DNA of 56,964 nucleotides, filler included, from Perkinsus olseni (Eukaryota): NCBI GenBank assembly GCA_013115125.1. It is 2 parts of 2 records of this genome, joined end to end, with 100 filler letters (N's around TTAATTAATTAA, not from the genome) between each part and the next. Parts side by side here need not be neighbours in the genome. Positions count along the whole stretch, not along the records: positions 28,581 to 56,964 come from JABANN010000448.1; 1 more part is not named here. One strand, 5' to 3'. Shown piece by piece: positions 36,850 to 50,514 of this stretch (position 1 is its first letter; each line of letters starts with the position of its first letter). The notes under the pieces were generated by a model. It saw only the letters and a program-made list of their open reading frames with translations, ran no database searches and was not told where the DNA came from. The position numbers and the translations under genes were made by a program.

Positions 36850-39800
36850 TTCAGTGCCTTCCCATGAGTATCTTAGCGGTGTCACTTTCTTCGAACGGTC
36901 TAGGAATCTGAACATCACAAAGTTGGAGAGAAGCTGGTAGGCCAAGAAAATTCTCACTTGTTAAGATTGGGCTGGAATGTACACTCTTGCTCCAACTCCG
37001 ATTGCTCTTGGTTCCGCTCTCTCTCCTCGAAGGACGTGTTGAGAATGCACTTGGAATGACCAGGGGATAAAGGAGGGTGGGCTCTGAGTACAGGACAAGA
37101 CGACATCGATGCATCGGAAATATTTCAAGCGGCAGAGCGTCAACTCAGAGTGTGGTACGATATACTGAATGAAGTAATAAACGCATTGTGAGCAGATATT
37201 CCCTCAGCTGTCGAGAGAAGCTCACCCGGGAGAGATCTCGGCGGCAGCAGCAGAGCAGCTGTTTCCGTGAGCACCGTCCCTGACACCATGCTCCATCCCT
37301 CGCTCCCGCATGCCTCTCCTGTAGTTGGAGGGTTGGGGAGGGAGGCCTTTCCATCTGTTTATCTTGGGCCTGATCAGATAGCGAGAAAAGCATCACAAGA
37401 TCCGCAACGAATCAGAGGACGGACATGAAACGGCTGAGAATAGATGACAAATCATCGATAAATTTCACATGGTGAACTACGACTTTCCCAGGGGAGCGAA
37501 ATTAGCTCGGGAACGATAGTACCAAACCGATTATCATTCTGATGCCACTGGCTTCGGCTCCGGTGCGTTTCAGCAGCCCACACGATAAGCGACTTTCTCC
37601 CTTACTTGAAGGTGCATTCCCTCCGCTCGATCTGCTCAATTTCCTTCTGACGCTTCTCGACAGCTTTTATCCTGTTCTCCTCCCGCTGTTGGAGTTGGGC
37701 TTCCAACCTCAAATGGAAATTCGAAACTGACACAGGGGCCCCGTCAATACCATGGTACAACCTAAGATGCCCCTCACGGATACCAACAGGTATTTTACTC
37801 AGTAGTCTAATTAGTAATATTCAAGTACTGAAGCTGTGACTGAAGTTACCGTTAGTAGTGAAGTTACTGATTATACACATCATAATAATATTATTATATT
37901 AATTATAATAGAACGAGCTGAAAATCCGAGGGCATCCACCACCCAGAAAAAGAACAAGTCAGTGAAAGATTCGGACGGCCATAAGTCCGGCCGCCACTGC
38001 AAGTCCGTCGACGGAAAGCCTACTAGCAGTGGGTCGGCCGGTTGCTGCTGTCTGTCCTGCCTCCTCCGCCATAACACGGAGATTCACCGGTGCTGTGTGA
38101 AGCTCTGCTGATGGCTGCGTCGTCCGCTGCTCAGTGTGCTGGTCTTGGCCCGCCATTGGAGAGGTTATCTAAATCACGACCAGTACAGAAACGACGACGA
38201 TATTTGAATTGGGAGAATTGCTCTATGAGGATTATAATTCCACCACTCGGATCAATTTCCCACCTGAGTGGCTCCTGCGTCCTCCTCCTCAGTAGGGAGG
38301 TCGGGCGGCGGCTGGACCATTGACGGGACGGCCACCACAACGTCTCCAGTGTTATCGAAGTCTGCCTGGCTCCGATGGAAGGGGTTCGAAGTGTCGACAT
38401 CTAAGACAGGTGTAACGAGCGGTGTGCAGCCTCGCCGGATGAGAATGTCGTCGTCCTCGAGCTGAGTGGCAATCCTCGAGTTTAAATACAGCATGCACGG
38501 ATCATAGATCATGTACGATACTCGCTCTCCAGAAGACATGCCCAATTCCAAGCATGGTCGTCTTCTCAGAATTGGAGCAACGAACTGCGGGCACGACAGA
38601 CCGGCTCACCTGTCAGTGATTGCCGAGACTTTTGCCCTCCACTGTTGCCTTCACGTCCCAGGGTTTGCTGTTTCCTCGCGGTACTCTTCTCAACAGCTTG
38701 AACGAAGGTATTCCGATCTATCTCCCCATGCACGTCTACGTGGTCAACCTGAACAAGCAAGTCGACATTCGGAAGGGCGCCCGATTCCCTTTAAGAGAAC
38801 CCCCAATGGCTGTGCGGCGACCTAGCCGGAAGAGCGCGGCGAGCGCAGTTGAACCCTACGATATTCGTCAGGGACTTCCTGAGAAGCTCTGCCTGGTTGT
38901 TAGACAAAGTGTCGACGAGGCGTTCCACATTCACCAGTGATACTCTCCTGACACGAAGAGAGTGGGAATACGACAGCGACGGTCCTTGTAGACCCACCTG
39001 CTGTTTCGAGGGTTCAGAGCCGAGAACAGATCCAAGGCTTGCTGCTGTTGCTGCTGCTGTTGCTGTTGTGATGAGGGTGGCGGCAGGCCTTGGAGAAGAG
39101 AGGGTGGCATAATTCAAACAACAGGCGCGCAGGAATGGCGTGACAGCCTGTCGAAAGAAGCGGATGCCTCTGTCAGGCAGACACGCCCGAACTCGATAGT
39201 CTTAGCGTCAACGATCCACAAGGGGGAGTAACGACGGCTATCATGCAGAAGCATGAGGGGACAAGTCGGCGGCTGCCGGAGCGAGACTACCCAGACGCCA
39301 GCGAGGCCGCTGGAGCTTCCTATCGGGGACGCTCCGGGCTCGCCTGAGTGACCATGATCATTCGGAAGCCCGTGCTACTTTATTACCTGCATGCAGGCCT
39401 GTGAACTGCGCCTCTTCTTGGACCCCCCAGAGCGGTATCAACACAAGCCTTAGCGTCGAGCACTCTTCGATAGTGTCGACGCATACCGTTCAAGCGTCTG
39501 ATGGAATATCATTCTGAGGACCCACTGCAGGTCGCATCAGTCCTACTCTAGTTTCTGATTGATACATTCCCTCCCGCTACTGCATTGCCTCGCCAACGCC
39601 TCGGCCCGTCGCATTTCCTCGTTCAGGGGTGGTACCCTGCAGATCGGTATTCAGGAGTCAGGTAGGAAACGAGATGCAGGAGTAAGATCCATAGGAAGAT
39701 AAGACTTTCTCGTCTTTCCATGGACCCTTCCTTTGAGTTTACAGAGTGTTGGAGATCTCCCACCTCGGTCAAACGTTGGCCCTCAGCTCTCGACGGGGTC

Positions 39801-42311
39801 TACACGGTCCGCTTCATCGAGCACACCAACCAAGACACATCTACTTGGAAATGATTCAAATTTATTATGTGAAGATTTATGGAACTTGGAGAGATATCGA
39901 TGACCCAAAATTGAGATAGAAAAATACGAGACGGGAAATGGTGAAGAACGTTTCTGCTGGACTGCAGTCGCGGAGAGACGTTAGAACTTACAGTGACGGG
40001 AGGGTGATGGCGTCCTTGCCAAGCAGGTTCATGAGAATTCTGTACTCATCGACTGTGACGTGTTCTATCTGATCAATCAGCATTGCGCGAGCATCATCAC
40101 ACGAGCTTCCATACTTGAGCCTCTCGGAAGTCCCTCAGCAAGCGTGACCAGTCAACTTTCATTACTTGAGCAGGCTTCGTCAAGTGGTGGCGGGTAATGA
40201 TGGAAGACGCTGATGACGGCCTGAAGGAGCGATGCTAACGAGGTACGAGTACGTCCATCCGACGACGTGACCCCTGATCCCCTGCCCTCCATCATAAGGT
40301 GACAGTGCCAGGGCAGTGAGATGCATAGGTCCTCGATCGTCTTATCCCAGTTTCGCCAGCGTACGACGGTCGAAGGGAAAGCGATACCTCATTAGGAGAA
40401 GTTCCCCACCAGTGGGCATACCTCAACAGAGATTCCTCATCTCCAAGATTCCCTCCTTCGTATTCCTATGGATCCCCTTTATGATCCATAAGCTGGGATA
40501 GAGGATGGAGGCATTACCACAAGAAACAAGTACCACTGGAATCCTTCACAATATGGACACGTCATCGAGAACATGTCTCAAAGCAAGCTGCCCTTCCCTC
40601 GCTCAAATCAAACACGATTTAGAACAACTACCAGCCACCATCAAAGACAATACTTTGTAGTAGTCTCTCGCCCAGGCTTAATCGCCGAGCAAATGTCGCC
40701 GACAGCTTTCGAACAACCTGCCAAGGCCGCGCAAATGCGAAGGGAGTAATTCCCTTCGCGAAACTCCGACGATCTCTTGCTAAGTCGAGCTTTGACAGAC
40801 TTTCCAATTTTTCGATAGCCCACACCGCAACAGAATCGAATTCCGTTTCTCCACAATACCGTTGGCCGACAAGAAGGGTACTAATCTACCATCTCAAGGC
40901 TACTGCACCTAACGAAGATTGAGTATCAATCGTCACTAGTGTACTCTCGAATGGAATTATCACATGCGACTGCTAACGGAGAGTTGTGAGACTTGGGAGA
41001 TCCAGAGCCAGCTGAAGGCACCCCGCCATACACTCACATTAGACTTTCGCTTGCCAACAGGTCTGTGTGCTTCAAAATAATAGCGAAGGTAAGGGTGGTA
41101 AAACCTGCGATCGACGACGTATCAGTTCAAGAACTGATCCGCGGGATCGAAAGAAACGCGCGTTGCAGAGCGTACGCTACGCAACGACAATCGCTACAAC
41201 TCACTCATTGTCCTTCGATGGTAACACTTGGAATCTTTTCATCCACCGATCATCTGGCCAAGGACCCGGGTTCGAATCCCGGCGACGGCATCCCCCGATG
41301 CGACCCTCCTTGAGCTTGAATGAATCGCTGGTCACAAGCCCATTGGGTGCCGTCCAGGCGGCGGAAGCTCGGGCATCCGATGTATGAGTGCTCGAAGCGA
41401 AGCTGCTCATCGTGCCTGACGAGTACTTGTGAAACACGTGGATCAATCTCAGATACTCTTCAGCCAGGTGAACGTGAGATGTGGTAACATACGATACGGA
41501 GAGCCTCCGTTATTCGAGGATAGCCCGACCAGTCAATGGGTGCTTGCGTTGCTGGTGCCGGAATGAGTGACTGTACGATAGTGCAGTAATCCGGTCCGAT
41601 AAGGGAGCGCATCGAGAGGTGGTTAGCAGGTTGATTAATCCAATTGTATCAGAGGGTGTTGAGTGGTTCATCATCTCCGCCAGCACAGGAGCTTCCCAAA
41701 CCCATGCGTGACGACTACATAACCGGCAGGTCTTACTTCTCTTAGTGCTTGACATAGTGCTGCACAGAGACGTCCTAAGATGACACCATGACAACCACCG
41801 TGCGGGGGCAAGTGGACTACTCCCGGTAGAGACTCTTGTCGTACATCTCCTCGCTCTCATCATCTATATAAAGCGGCCTGAAGGAACTGTAATCTTCATA
41901 TCGCCGATCCTCTCGCTAAAGCTAAGCAGCAGATGAAAGATTGGATTCCAAATGGCAACATCCGGGTGTTGTGTCGTTCTCAATCACTAAGTCCTTCACA
42001 GTACGCTGATGGGCGACGACCTCCCCGACAGACCTGTCGAAGTAGGATCTGATGTGAGTGCAAAGCTCTGGATTGTGGTTGGAATAAAGTCTAGTCAGAC
42101 GGTTGTTCCATAAGTACGGCATGGACCTGGCCATAAGGACTTCCCGACGCACACTAGGCAACAGCACTGACTTCGAGGACTCGATGCTACTCGTGGTACT
42201 GTCGCCGGTAGATTCTGATGGAAAAACCGTAAAATCGCTGTCTCGGTGAGAAGGGAGGACCTCTGTCGAGTCGGGCTTTAATGGTTTGCCGTTGAGCTGC
42301 CTTCGATGCAC
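36850..42311 (-). CDS. Uncharacterised multi-exon gene (possibly more than one) with a coiled coil and ECTFKPKIN motif
   Basis: Minus-strand exons bounded by AG/GT include WNNRLTRLYSNHNPELCTHIRSYFDR, PLYIDDESEEMYDKSLYRE, EEYLRLIHVFHKYSSG, EYEGGNLGDEESLL, and QQREENRIKAVEKRQKEIEQIERRECTFK|PKINRW spliced across ~37368-37607. Boundaries uncertain. Confidence 0.5.
41220..41290 (+). pseudogene. tRNA-derived sequence with intact T-arm and 3' strand and an expanded anticodon loop
   Basis: GGTAACA CTTGG [26 nt] CCAAG GAC CCGGG TTCGAAT CCCGG CGACGGC A. The 5' acceptor strand is not recognisable. Confidence 0.65.
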
Positions 42312-42767
42312 GCCTGTCTTCTGATGGTGTTGCTACTAATAAGAGACGACGATGCATTGAGAATAGATCATGTCGAAGCCCGCACAACACACATGACCAG
42401 CATGCCGTTATGACAGCTTCCGAGGGTGCCCGGCAAACCACTTCTGGCACGGCATTTTACGTGAAAAAATCAATTCCAGAATTGATTCTAAGTTCTAGAA
42501 TTCCAGGAGTGCTTCCAGGACAGAATTTAACGTGCGAAAGACGATCTTTGAAGGGCTCAGGAGAGTATCGACTCTATTGAATATTCGGTGTTAATTAAAC
42601 AGGGGGTGGCCCCGGCCTGCCTCGCTCACGGCCGCCCGAAGCGACATTTCGGGCGTGCGCCATTTATCCTAATGTTTTCATGCATTTCTTGCAGTAAGGT
42701 GTTTTGTCCTTGTGGCTGTCTTCTTCCGTCACAGCGCAGCGCAACTCTCGCTTTTGTCGTCGTTTGA

Positions 42768-45517
42768 ATGTGTCGTCGAAAACAGTCGGCCCTCGAGGGA
42801 ACGAAGGGGCTCAGTCAAAGGTGATGCCTTTTCCCTTGTGCTCTTCCTCGAACTGGGTGTTTGATGATGACAGGTACGACGAGACGGGTGAGGTGATCTA
42901 CGGCCAAGGGTTCACCTGTGTCGTCACTCTTGCCAAGGATCGACGCACTGATAAGGTAATACTACTCTTACTGGACCTTTCCTTCTCAGTCAGGGCGCGG
43001 CCTGTAACGATCATGAATCAACCTCAGGATATCTCCTAGTACTATTAATAGTATAGATCTAGTATCTAGTATACAGTGCTCCGAAGAATCTTACGAGATT
43101 TCCTGATGTTTTTTCAATCCTCGCTCTTTACTTTCATCTCCGTGAATTTATATACTATCTTCATCGCACTACCATTACATATAAGTTATATGATATAACG
43201 TGTTCGAGAAACAGACCCTAACTCGTGATCGTTACAGGGAATTTGCATTTTCAGGAATATTCTGAAATTATTTGGACAACTATAGAAGCCCTCGTGACGG
43301 CATGGTTTTTCTTGGTCCTCACAAGATCAACTTCCTCTTTGCAATTGATCGTTATTGCAGATCTATTCTTATCGAATATTCAAAAACTTGGGTATCATCA
43401 CTCTTGACCACTGGTCTGCCGAAACTCATTCCACTATCGTCTATCTCGGTGTCAGAAATCTCAATTTTCCCGCGCTTATGAGCTTGCCCAGCAGACGGGA
43501 CGCGCTGAGTGATGGTTCTGTTGTTGGCAGGAAGTGGCAGTGAAGGCGATATTGAAGTCCAAGCTGTACAGTGAAGCTGAGCTGGAGAGGGCTAGGTGAC
43601 ATCGTAGGGGCTCGCGGTGATGGCGTAATGGGTTGCTTCAGAGCGGAAGTATCTTGGCACTCTCAACTATCGCATCCGTACATATTACCAGTACTCGAGA
43701 CCGAAGAGACTGATAAGAGCTTAGTACTCATTACTCCTTATGGTGAGAAATAATGCTATTTCGGCGAGGAGTGGTATGGATTTTCAGCTCCCATGGGCGA
43801 TCTGTATCATTTGACAAAATGCGCTACTCTTCCCGAACGAGCTGTGAGAAACTGTGTCAGTCAGGTGAGAAACGATGTCGCCGGGAATCGAACCCGCGAC
43901 CTTTCTCTCCTTGTCAGTTGGTTAGTGCCATCGACTATCTCCACCGAAAGGGTCTCGTGCATGGAGATATCAAACCGGTACTGGCAGCCTGACCGCGCGC
44001 CACGAAATTGATGTCCTCGTCCAACAGAATTGGCTCGTTTCAGCACAACGTTCTCGTGTATGAGCGCAAGGATCGGCTGATCATCCAGTTATGTGATTTT
44101 GGATTCACGGAACCGGTCAGAGAGGATACGCGCAAGATCGCCTTCACTTCCCTTCGCGGTACGTGCTAATTAGTGCTTCGCTCCGCTGTTAGATTTGGCA
44201 TTCAGGCACTTCTGGATATTTCGCCCCCGAGCAACTGGCAAAGAGAAATTACGACGGTCTGGTCGATATGTTTGCCCTAGGAATCACAGCGTTCACTATG
44301 CTGTGTGTAAGAAGACTGCTGCTGCTTCGCTCCGCTCAAAATATGTGTGTTATTTTCAGGGCTATGAACCTTTCTATCCTCTGAATGTGTTCCACGAGCC
44401 AATAGAGTTTCATGATGAGTGCTGGAGTGGAATCAGTGATCATGCTAAGGATTTTATTATGAGGTAGTATTGGGATATCGGTGGGAATAGTGTATGGGGA
44501 GGGGTCAGAGATGGACTTGCAATCGTGCCGTTCTTGGCTTTTATACATACTAGCTCGGCGCTACGGAGTAGGGACTGAGCGAATCGTGTTCACACAAGCA
44601 CTTCGCAGCAGTCTTCTAGTGTACCACTGAAAACAACGGTCAAGTTTTATTACTCGCAAGGAGTTGTCGGAAAGTTGGTATGGTATTTTTTGCGAGCGAT
44701 GTAACACTGACCAATCCCGTTCGAGCCTCTGATGATGGTCACTGGTTTTCCGAACGAGACAGGCTCGTGAGGCCAAGTGCCGCATCTCTTGGAATCCTTA
44801 CTGACCGATGGACGCCGACCTTGAAAATTCGATTTGGATTCATTGTAATTCAAAGATGTTCTGTGAGCAGCCGCGTCTGGTCTTCTGGTGGCGTTCTCTT
44901 GGACCCTAGAGTGACCAGAGTATTTGTTCGAGTATGATCTCGATACCTCGATTCCGGTATAACGTGAAGGCAAATTTGAACGATTCTGAGAAAATTCTCT
45001 CGGGATGGTTTATTATGGCGACTATCGACCATTGGGGCGCTAACGGAAGGGGGGATGAGGTTCGAAGGGCATGTACGTACGAAACAATGTCTAGACACGT
45101 GGCTGTTTGATCTCATAAAAACCTAGTTGTCACAGAGCGAATGAGGCAAAGCTTCTGTGGCTTATCATTGTACGTGGAGCTGGGACGAGCGAAGCCTAGC
45201 GGAGCGTAGCAGTGATTGCATCAAGAGGAAGTGCCTGCTCAGGTGTCTCAAGTTAGACCCCGTCCAGAGGCTTTCTGCTGATGAGGCTATTAGACACCCA
45301 TGGCTTGATTTGACCACCCCACTGGTGAGTAGTGTATCATCTCTTGCTCGACTTCGACAAACTTGCAATTCCTCAACGGTTCCCTGGTCAGCCTGACGGG
45401 ATTGGTGCGGATCTCGATTTGGATTTCTGGCACCCTGCGGAAGCGGCAGCGGAGGGCATCGACTTGAATCTTATGGATTGGCAAGTTGCACCGAGTCCCC
45501 GAACGAAAGCACGGTAG
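42768..45517 (+). CDS. Ser/Thr protein kinase, CAMK-like, multi-exon
   Basis: YGQGFTCVV, EVAVKAI, HSQLSHPYIL, YLHRKGLVHGDIKP|HNVL, LCDFG, GTSGYFAPE, VDMFALG, GYEPF, WSGISDHAKDFI, DPVQRLSADEAIRHPWL. Confidence 0.92.
43877..43905 (-). pseudogene. tRNA T-arm fragment antisense in a ~53-nt kinase intron
   Basis: Reverse complement GAAAGGTCGCGGGTTCGATTCCCGGCGAC. Confidence 0.6.
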
Positions 45518-47373
45518 TATTGCAATCGATCGTTTGGGCGTGCGCTTTGTTTTATCGTCGCATAGAGTGTCTCTTGAGATGATTGATAGTACATTATTCC
45601 AGCAAAGTTTCGCGTATACATGAGGGAAATGGGGATGGGTCGGCGCGGCCCGGGCAAACCAATCGAAGGGGACACGGCTCGCTGTGATGTGGCGCGTTTT
45701 GCCGCGTAGAAGGTCAGCTTGACAGATATCCAGTGTTACCTTCTATACTTCAGCCTTGGTGGTCCGCTTGATATCGCACAAAATTATGATGAATTTGATC
45801 TGCATCGACGGGAAGAGGATTTCTGCCAATTCCCTCTCCAGTCTTTGTGAATCTTAGTTACCCCAACGGTCCGGCATTGAGCTCCTTACTGCACTCCTGT
45901 GGGGATCTAGCGGCTGGACCTACGCTCGATCAAATCACTGATAATAACAATTCTCTACTATCGCTGAAAAATGGCGGAGCGAAGCAGGGCCTTCTGGCTG
46001 CCGATTAGTCCTTCGGGTTGTCGAGGATGGTATGTAAAATATCGTTGCATTCTCCTGATGGTTGGACTGCCGTCGATTCTCACTGTATTATCTAGGGTCG
46101 ATGATGCTGCGTCGCTCCGTCGTTCATTCACTCCGTTTTTACCATTTTTGTACTGATAATGATATGGAGTATGATTAACATTCATGTTACTAGTACTGTA
46201 AAATGCATAGGTATTACCTCTCAGACGGGCTTGGCCTGTCGTCTAAGGAACCATTGTCATCGGTACCGAGTCATTCTCGCCACGACGAGGCCCGCAGTAG
46301 ACCTCACTGCATAGTATATAGGTCAAGTAGCGCTCGTCCTGGTGATCGATATGGTTTAGTTGGGTGACAATATCCGTTTTCTGAATCTCCTTCCCTGTAT
46401 CAAGTTCGGTCTCTGTGGTAGACCGTAAGCTCAATTGGTGGTAGAAGGTGGACGGTATCAATATAATGTTAATGATTTGATCATCATCGTCATCACGAGG
46501 ATGAGGCTGGTCGTCGTGTTGTGGACGGTGGGAGAGGGAGAGCTCCGATGATAGGGGCTTCGGTGGGGATTTGCACGGTAGTGGAGTAACTCGTTTTTTA
46601 GTGGAAACTGCATTATACACGGCCGTGGTAGATTGTACGAGTCACGAGTGAAAAGTTGATAAAACAGCGGCCGGAAGCACTGCAGAAGGGCACTCGCTTT
46701 GTGCTTGATTCTTGTTGCCTCCTGATCCAATAATCACAGCAGCTATCAGCTAGAGACGAGGCATGGTTCTTCATCCTCGACTTTGCCGTCTGGGTGGTCG
46801 TGCTGATGTGTCGTCGTGGGTCGGCAGTTCATTTCTAATTCATTTGACAAGGCTCGACATGCGGACCATCGTTGCGAGTAGTGAGCGGCATTCCAGGAGT
46901 ACTCCCTGTTGGCTCAACGACTGCATACCACGGGATGTGCTGGCTGTGGTAATGATGGGATGGGGGTGATGCGCTCTTGAAGCTGGACACGGTCTTACCA
47001 GCTCTCCTTAAGTGGGTCGGATTTGATTCAAACTAAGCTAGTCAGGTCTGTGCTTGGATTGTCAATGACTATGAGACGACTATCAACCACAGGTCCTCAA
47101 AATTTCTGCTGACCCATAACGTGACGTTGAATAATGAAACGACTTACTGACACTCCGTTAATTACTTTCTATTATTATTCTTCGATGTGAGCGGGTTTCC
47201 CGACAAAGAGGATAACCGAAGCAGTTTGGTTCACACTGCACGAGTATCTTCAAGGAGGCTTTGATGCAGCAAATGGGTCGGGTATGGTGCAGCACTGGGA
47301 GGACGATACCAATCGGAGCTATGTTAATGCACGATAGGGGTAGAGCAGCCCTCACGCCTCTCGGAAAAAGCAG

Positions 47374-47410
47374 AAAAAAGGCACGTGGTGGGACTCGAAC
47401 CTGGGATTCA
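47374..47410 (-). pseudogene. tRNA 3' fragment followed by oligo-T
   Basis: Reverse complement TGAATCCCAGGTTCGAGTCCCACCACGTGCCTTTTTT. Confidence 0.5.
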
Positions 47411-49640
47411 ATTGGGAACCATACAGGCCACCCTGCAGCTCCACTTTCGGTGTATTTTCGAGTCCATTTCATGATGATTGCGATACGGTTTGATCGTACG
47501 GAAGTTTCGGTTCAAGTTGGTCAATTCCTCCCGGTCGGGCCTCCGCCCCAGTGGCCAGTCGGGGCCCCCAGTCGGGGTTGTTTCTCACATGCTTAGGGTA
47601 AACGCTCGTGCCATGGAATGGCTGGAGACAGTGTGGGTTGAAAAAGTTGCCACTTCGAGTAGCTCGATTAGAGACTAGCAAGACTTTGAGTAGAGAAAGT
47701 CGGTACTTGAGAAACGATGCTCCTTCGTGTTAGATTTTTCAATATCTCTCCGTGAGAGAGCTCGGATGGGTGCTGCCGTTGACCAGTCGAGCCCTGAACA
47801 ATCTCTGCTCCCATCTGGTGGCCTTCGTGTGGACCGAGGACACCTATAGGAGTATAGCATGTGCAGGGATGGCTTGTGGTGGCGAGGTAGGGCTGGAAGG
47901 GGTCGAGGGAGAGTGACCGAACCTGGACTCTAGCACGGTTGTTAGCCTGCATGCACTGCCACGGTGCTGTACGCTCGCTTTTGGCGTTCAATTTGACCGT
48001 ACTTTCTAAAGGTGTGGTCATTTTGACCATCAAGTCCGTGAGAGGTACTGGAAGTGAGGTACCGATCGATATCAGTACGGTGCCTAGTATCAGCGTTCTG
48101 ATACGAAATCGCAAAACGAAAAGTTCCTTAAGAAGTTTATGAATTTTATGTTTAAGTTGAACTTCTTATTTATGAGATGTGCCCATAGACATCTGGAGGA
48201 GCGGGGTTTTACTATGCGATAGTCATCCCAACGTCCTTCCCGCGTGCCTGTATTAGAATCCTGTGAAGCGACCTCGGTTGCCGTTGGTTGATGGACATCA
48301 TTGGAGAGAGAAGTGCCGCAATGGTAATATTGGCGGGGATTCCGGAGCTGCTCGGGGGGCGCTAAAAGGGAGGAGAAATCATGGTGTACACTTGAAAACT
48401 ATCATAAAATCCAGAATCTTTCAAGTGCATTTTTGAGTAACGCCATTCTGGTCTACTTGGCGTCGCCAAGTTGGCGATATCGAAACTCGACTTCAAGGTG
48501 GCAGCACTTCCGCTGTGATTGTCCCTCAGTTGGGTAGAGTCTGTGTCTTGGTGTGATGCCAAGAATGGGAAGTGTCTGTGTCTTTAGTATTAAACAATGC
48601 CCCAACGAGGTTGATCGGGCGGATACCCCCGGGTGTACATGGAGATGAAGTGCTATGTGTGGCGTTGTATGATCGGAAGGGATGCCCTGTGCTGGCCACA
48701 GTATGTAGGTAGTAGGTTGCTCGCTCACGTCGCTGCTGCTCCCCTCATGGATTTCTTTTTGAGTGTTTTGGTTGTATCTCATCATCAATGTAGCTTCACA
48801 CGTAGATGTCGTTGTGACGCACAAGGCTGAGATATACCAGTTTTAGTCATAACGAATTGGAACAGCCTGTAGTGTCGGAGTGAGCTTTGATTAACTTCCG
48901 GCCATGGACGTCAGCTCTTCGCCATTCTCAGGGATGAACACCTCAGGCTGTTCTCTCTCTTCGTCTCTCCAAACGATAAGACCCTCCAATCTGAGCTAAT
49001 GTGGTCGCATCAGTTCGAGGAGGTCCCTTGCCGAGTATCGTTCAGTGAAGCCATAGCCATGCCTTGATGTCACGCTCTTCGTAGCTTTGATGAAGGATAT
49101 TCAATCTCTGTCTGAATCATCTTCCCCTTGTCCGTTCTGTACAGTGAGCTTGGACCGTAAAAAAGGTAGACTGATGAGCTAGTCCAGTCCGACGTGTATT
49201 GGATGCAGATGGCTGCTACCTCCTGCTTTGTACAGAGGCGAGGCACGGCAGCATCTGGGACGAGCGCTCGAAAACTTACTGTTTCCGAGGTGGTCGTTGC
49301 GGGTACGAACCGCGTGATTTCTCCTGTGTAGTCCACTTGACATCGGCTAAGGCGTCACCCGAGTTTGTCTGTGAACGGAATAACGCTCCCTTTGATTTGG
49401 GCGCGGAGTGGATCGGGGGAGCATCTCCAGACGGGCATCGCCTCTTCGTCTGTGGCGAGGTGGGATGGGCAAGACGTGAGCAGCACTACAATGATCTGTG
49501 TGATGTCAGAGGGTTGCGCTAGCTGCGGCTGATCCGTACCAGTCTTTGTGCGTATGGGCTGTCCCTAAGGGTGATGAATCACCGGAGGCAGTCCCTAGAG
49601 GTATATACTAGTAGTCCATCTGGGCGAGTGCTTATCGTTG

Positions 49641-49680
49641 GAGCCGAAGGTCGTTGGTTCGATTCCCTGCCGGGGCTTTT
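49641..49680 (+). pseudogene. tRNA 3'-half fragment followed by TTTT
   Basis: GAGCCGAAGGTCGTTGGTTCGATTCCCTGCCGGGGCTTTT. Confidence 0.55.
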
Positions 49681-50514
49681 CGTCAGTTACGATTCGCCTT
49701 GACTTAGCCAACAGTGGCATGGCTCATCTCATGAAAGTGTTCACGACGGAGGACGGGTTGGGATGCTCTCCTGCCGGCGACCCTCATCATCCCCCTCATT
49801 CTCCTCAGGACCTGCAAACTAGGACTTAGCTGCTCCTCGGGCCATGCATCCTCATCAGCCGACCATCTCCGGATTGTCGAGTTCAATACGCGGATCACCA
49901 GGAGGAGCCGAATGTAGGGAGTCGCGAAGTCGATGTTCTCTCCGGGCGATTTTACGGCGTGGGCTTCTCGAATTAGTGTGCCACGGCTTGCCGTAGGTGG
50001 GGCTGAAGAGGATTTAATGCATACAAAATTTGGCATCACCATCGTGTTCCCCATAGTGCACTGAGTAAGTCCATGCGTTAGTTAGCACTGAGTTAGTCAC
50101 TAGAATAAAAAAATATAGACACTTCGATTTCAGCCCCAAAATACTACGCACATTGGGGGGGCGCAGGTTCGATTCCCAGCATGTACATTTTATGGAAAGC
50201 CCATTGACAATATATGACCGCCCAACGCTCTACATTCTCACTATAGAACACTAAATTAGGATACAAGAAAATTAATTTACGGGGAGAACAGTATGTACAC
50301 CCCTCCACAAATTCTTAGTCTATCCGGTTTTTCGACTCATGCACTGTCACCTGGACGAATACGGAACTGCAACTCAAGAAGGTTTATTCTTATGCTTCTC
50401 AGGATATAACCTCCAAGTTTCAGGGCCTAACTCTTCATAGTTAGTGAGAACTCGAAAAGTCGTAAAAACTGACTAGTTACGTAAAAACGTAACTGCGCCT
50501 CACGAGGCGCAGTT

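Noticed and set aside
47668-48114. Signal-peptide-like minus-strand ORF
   Set aside because: Starts at TTG with no nearby in-frame ATG and no recognisable domain, so it cannot be supported as a gene.
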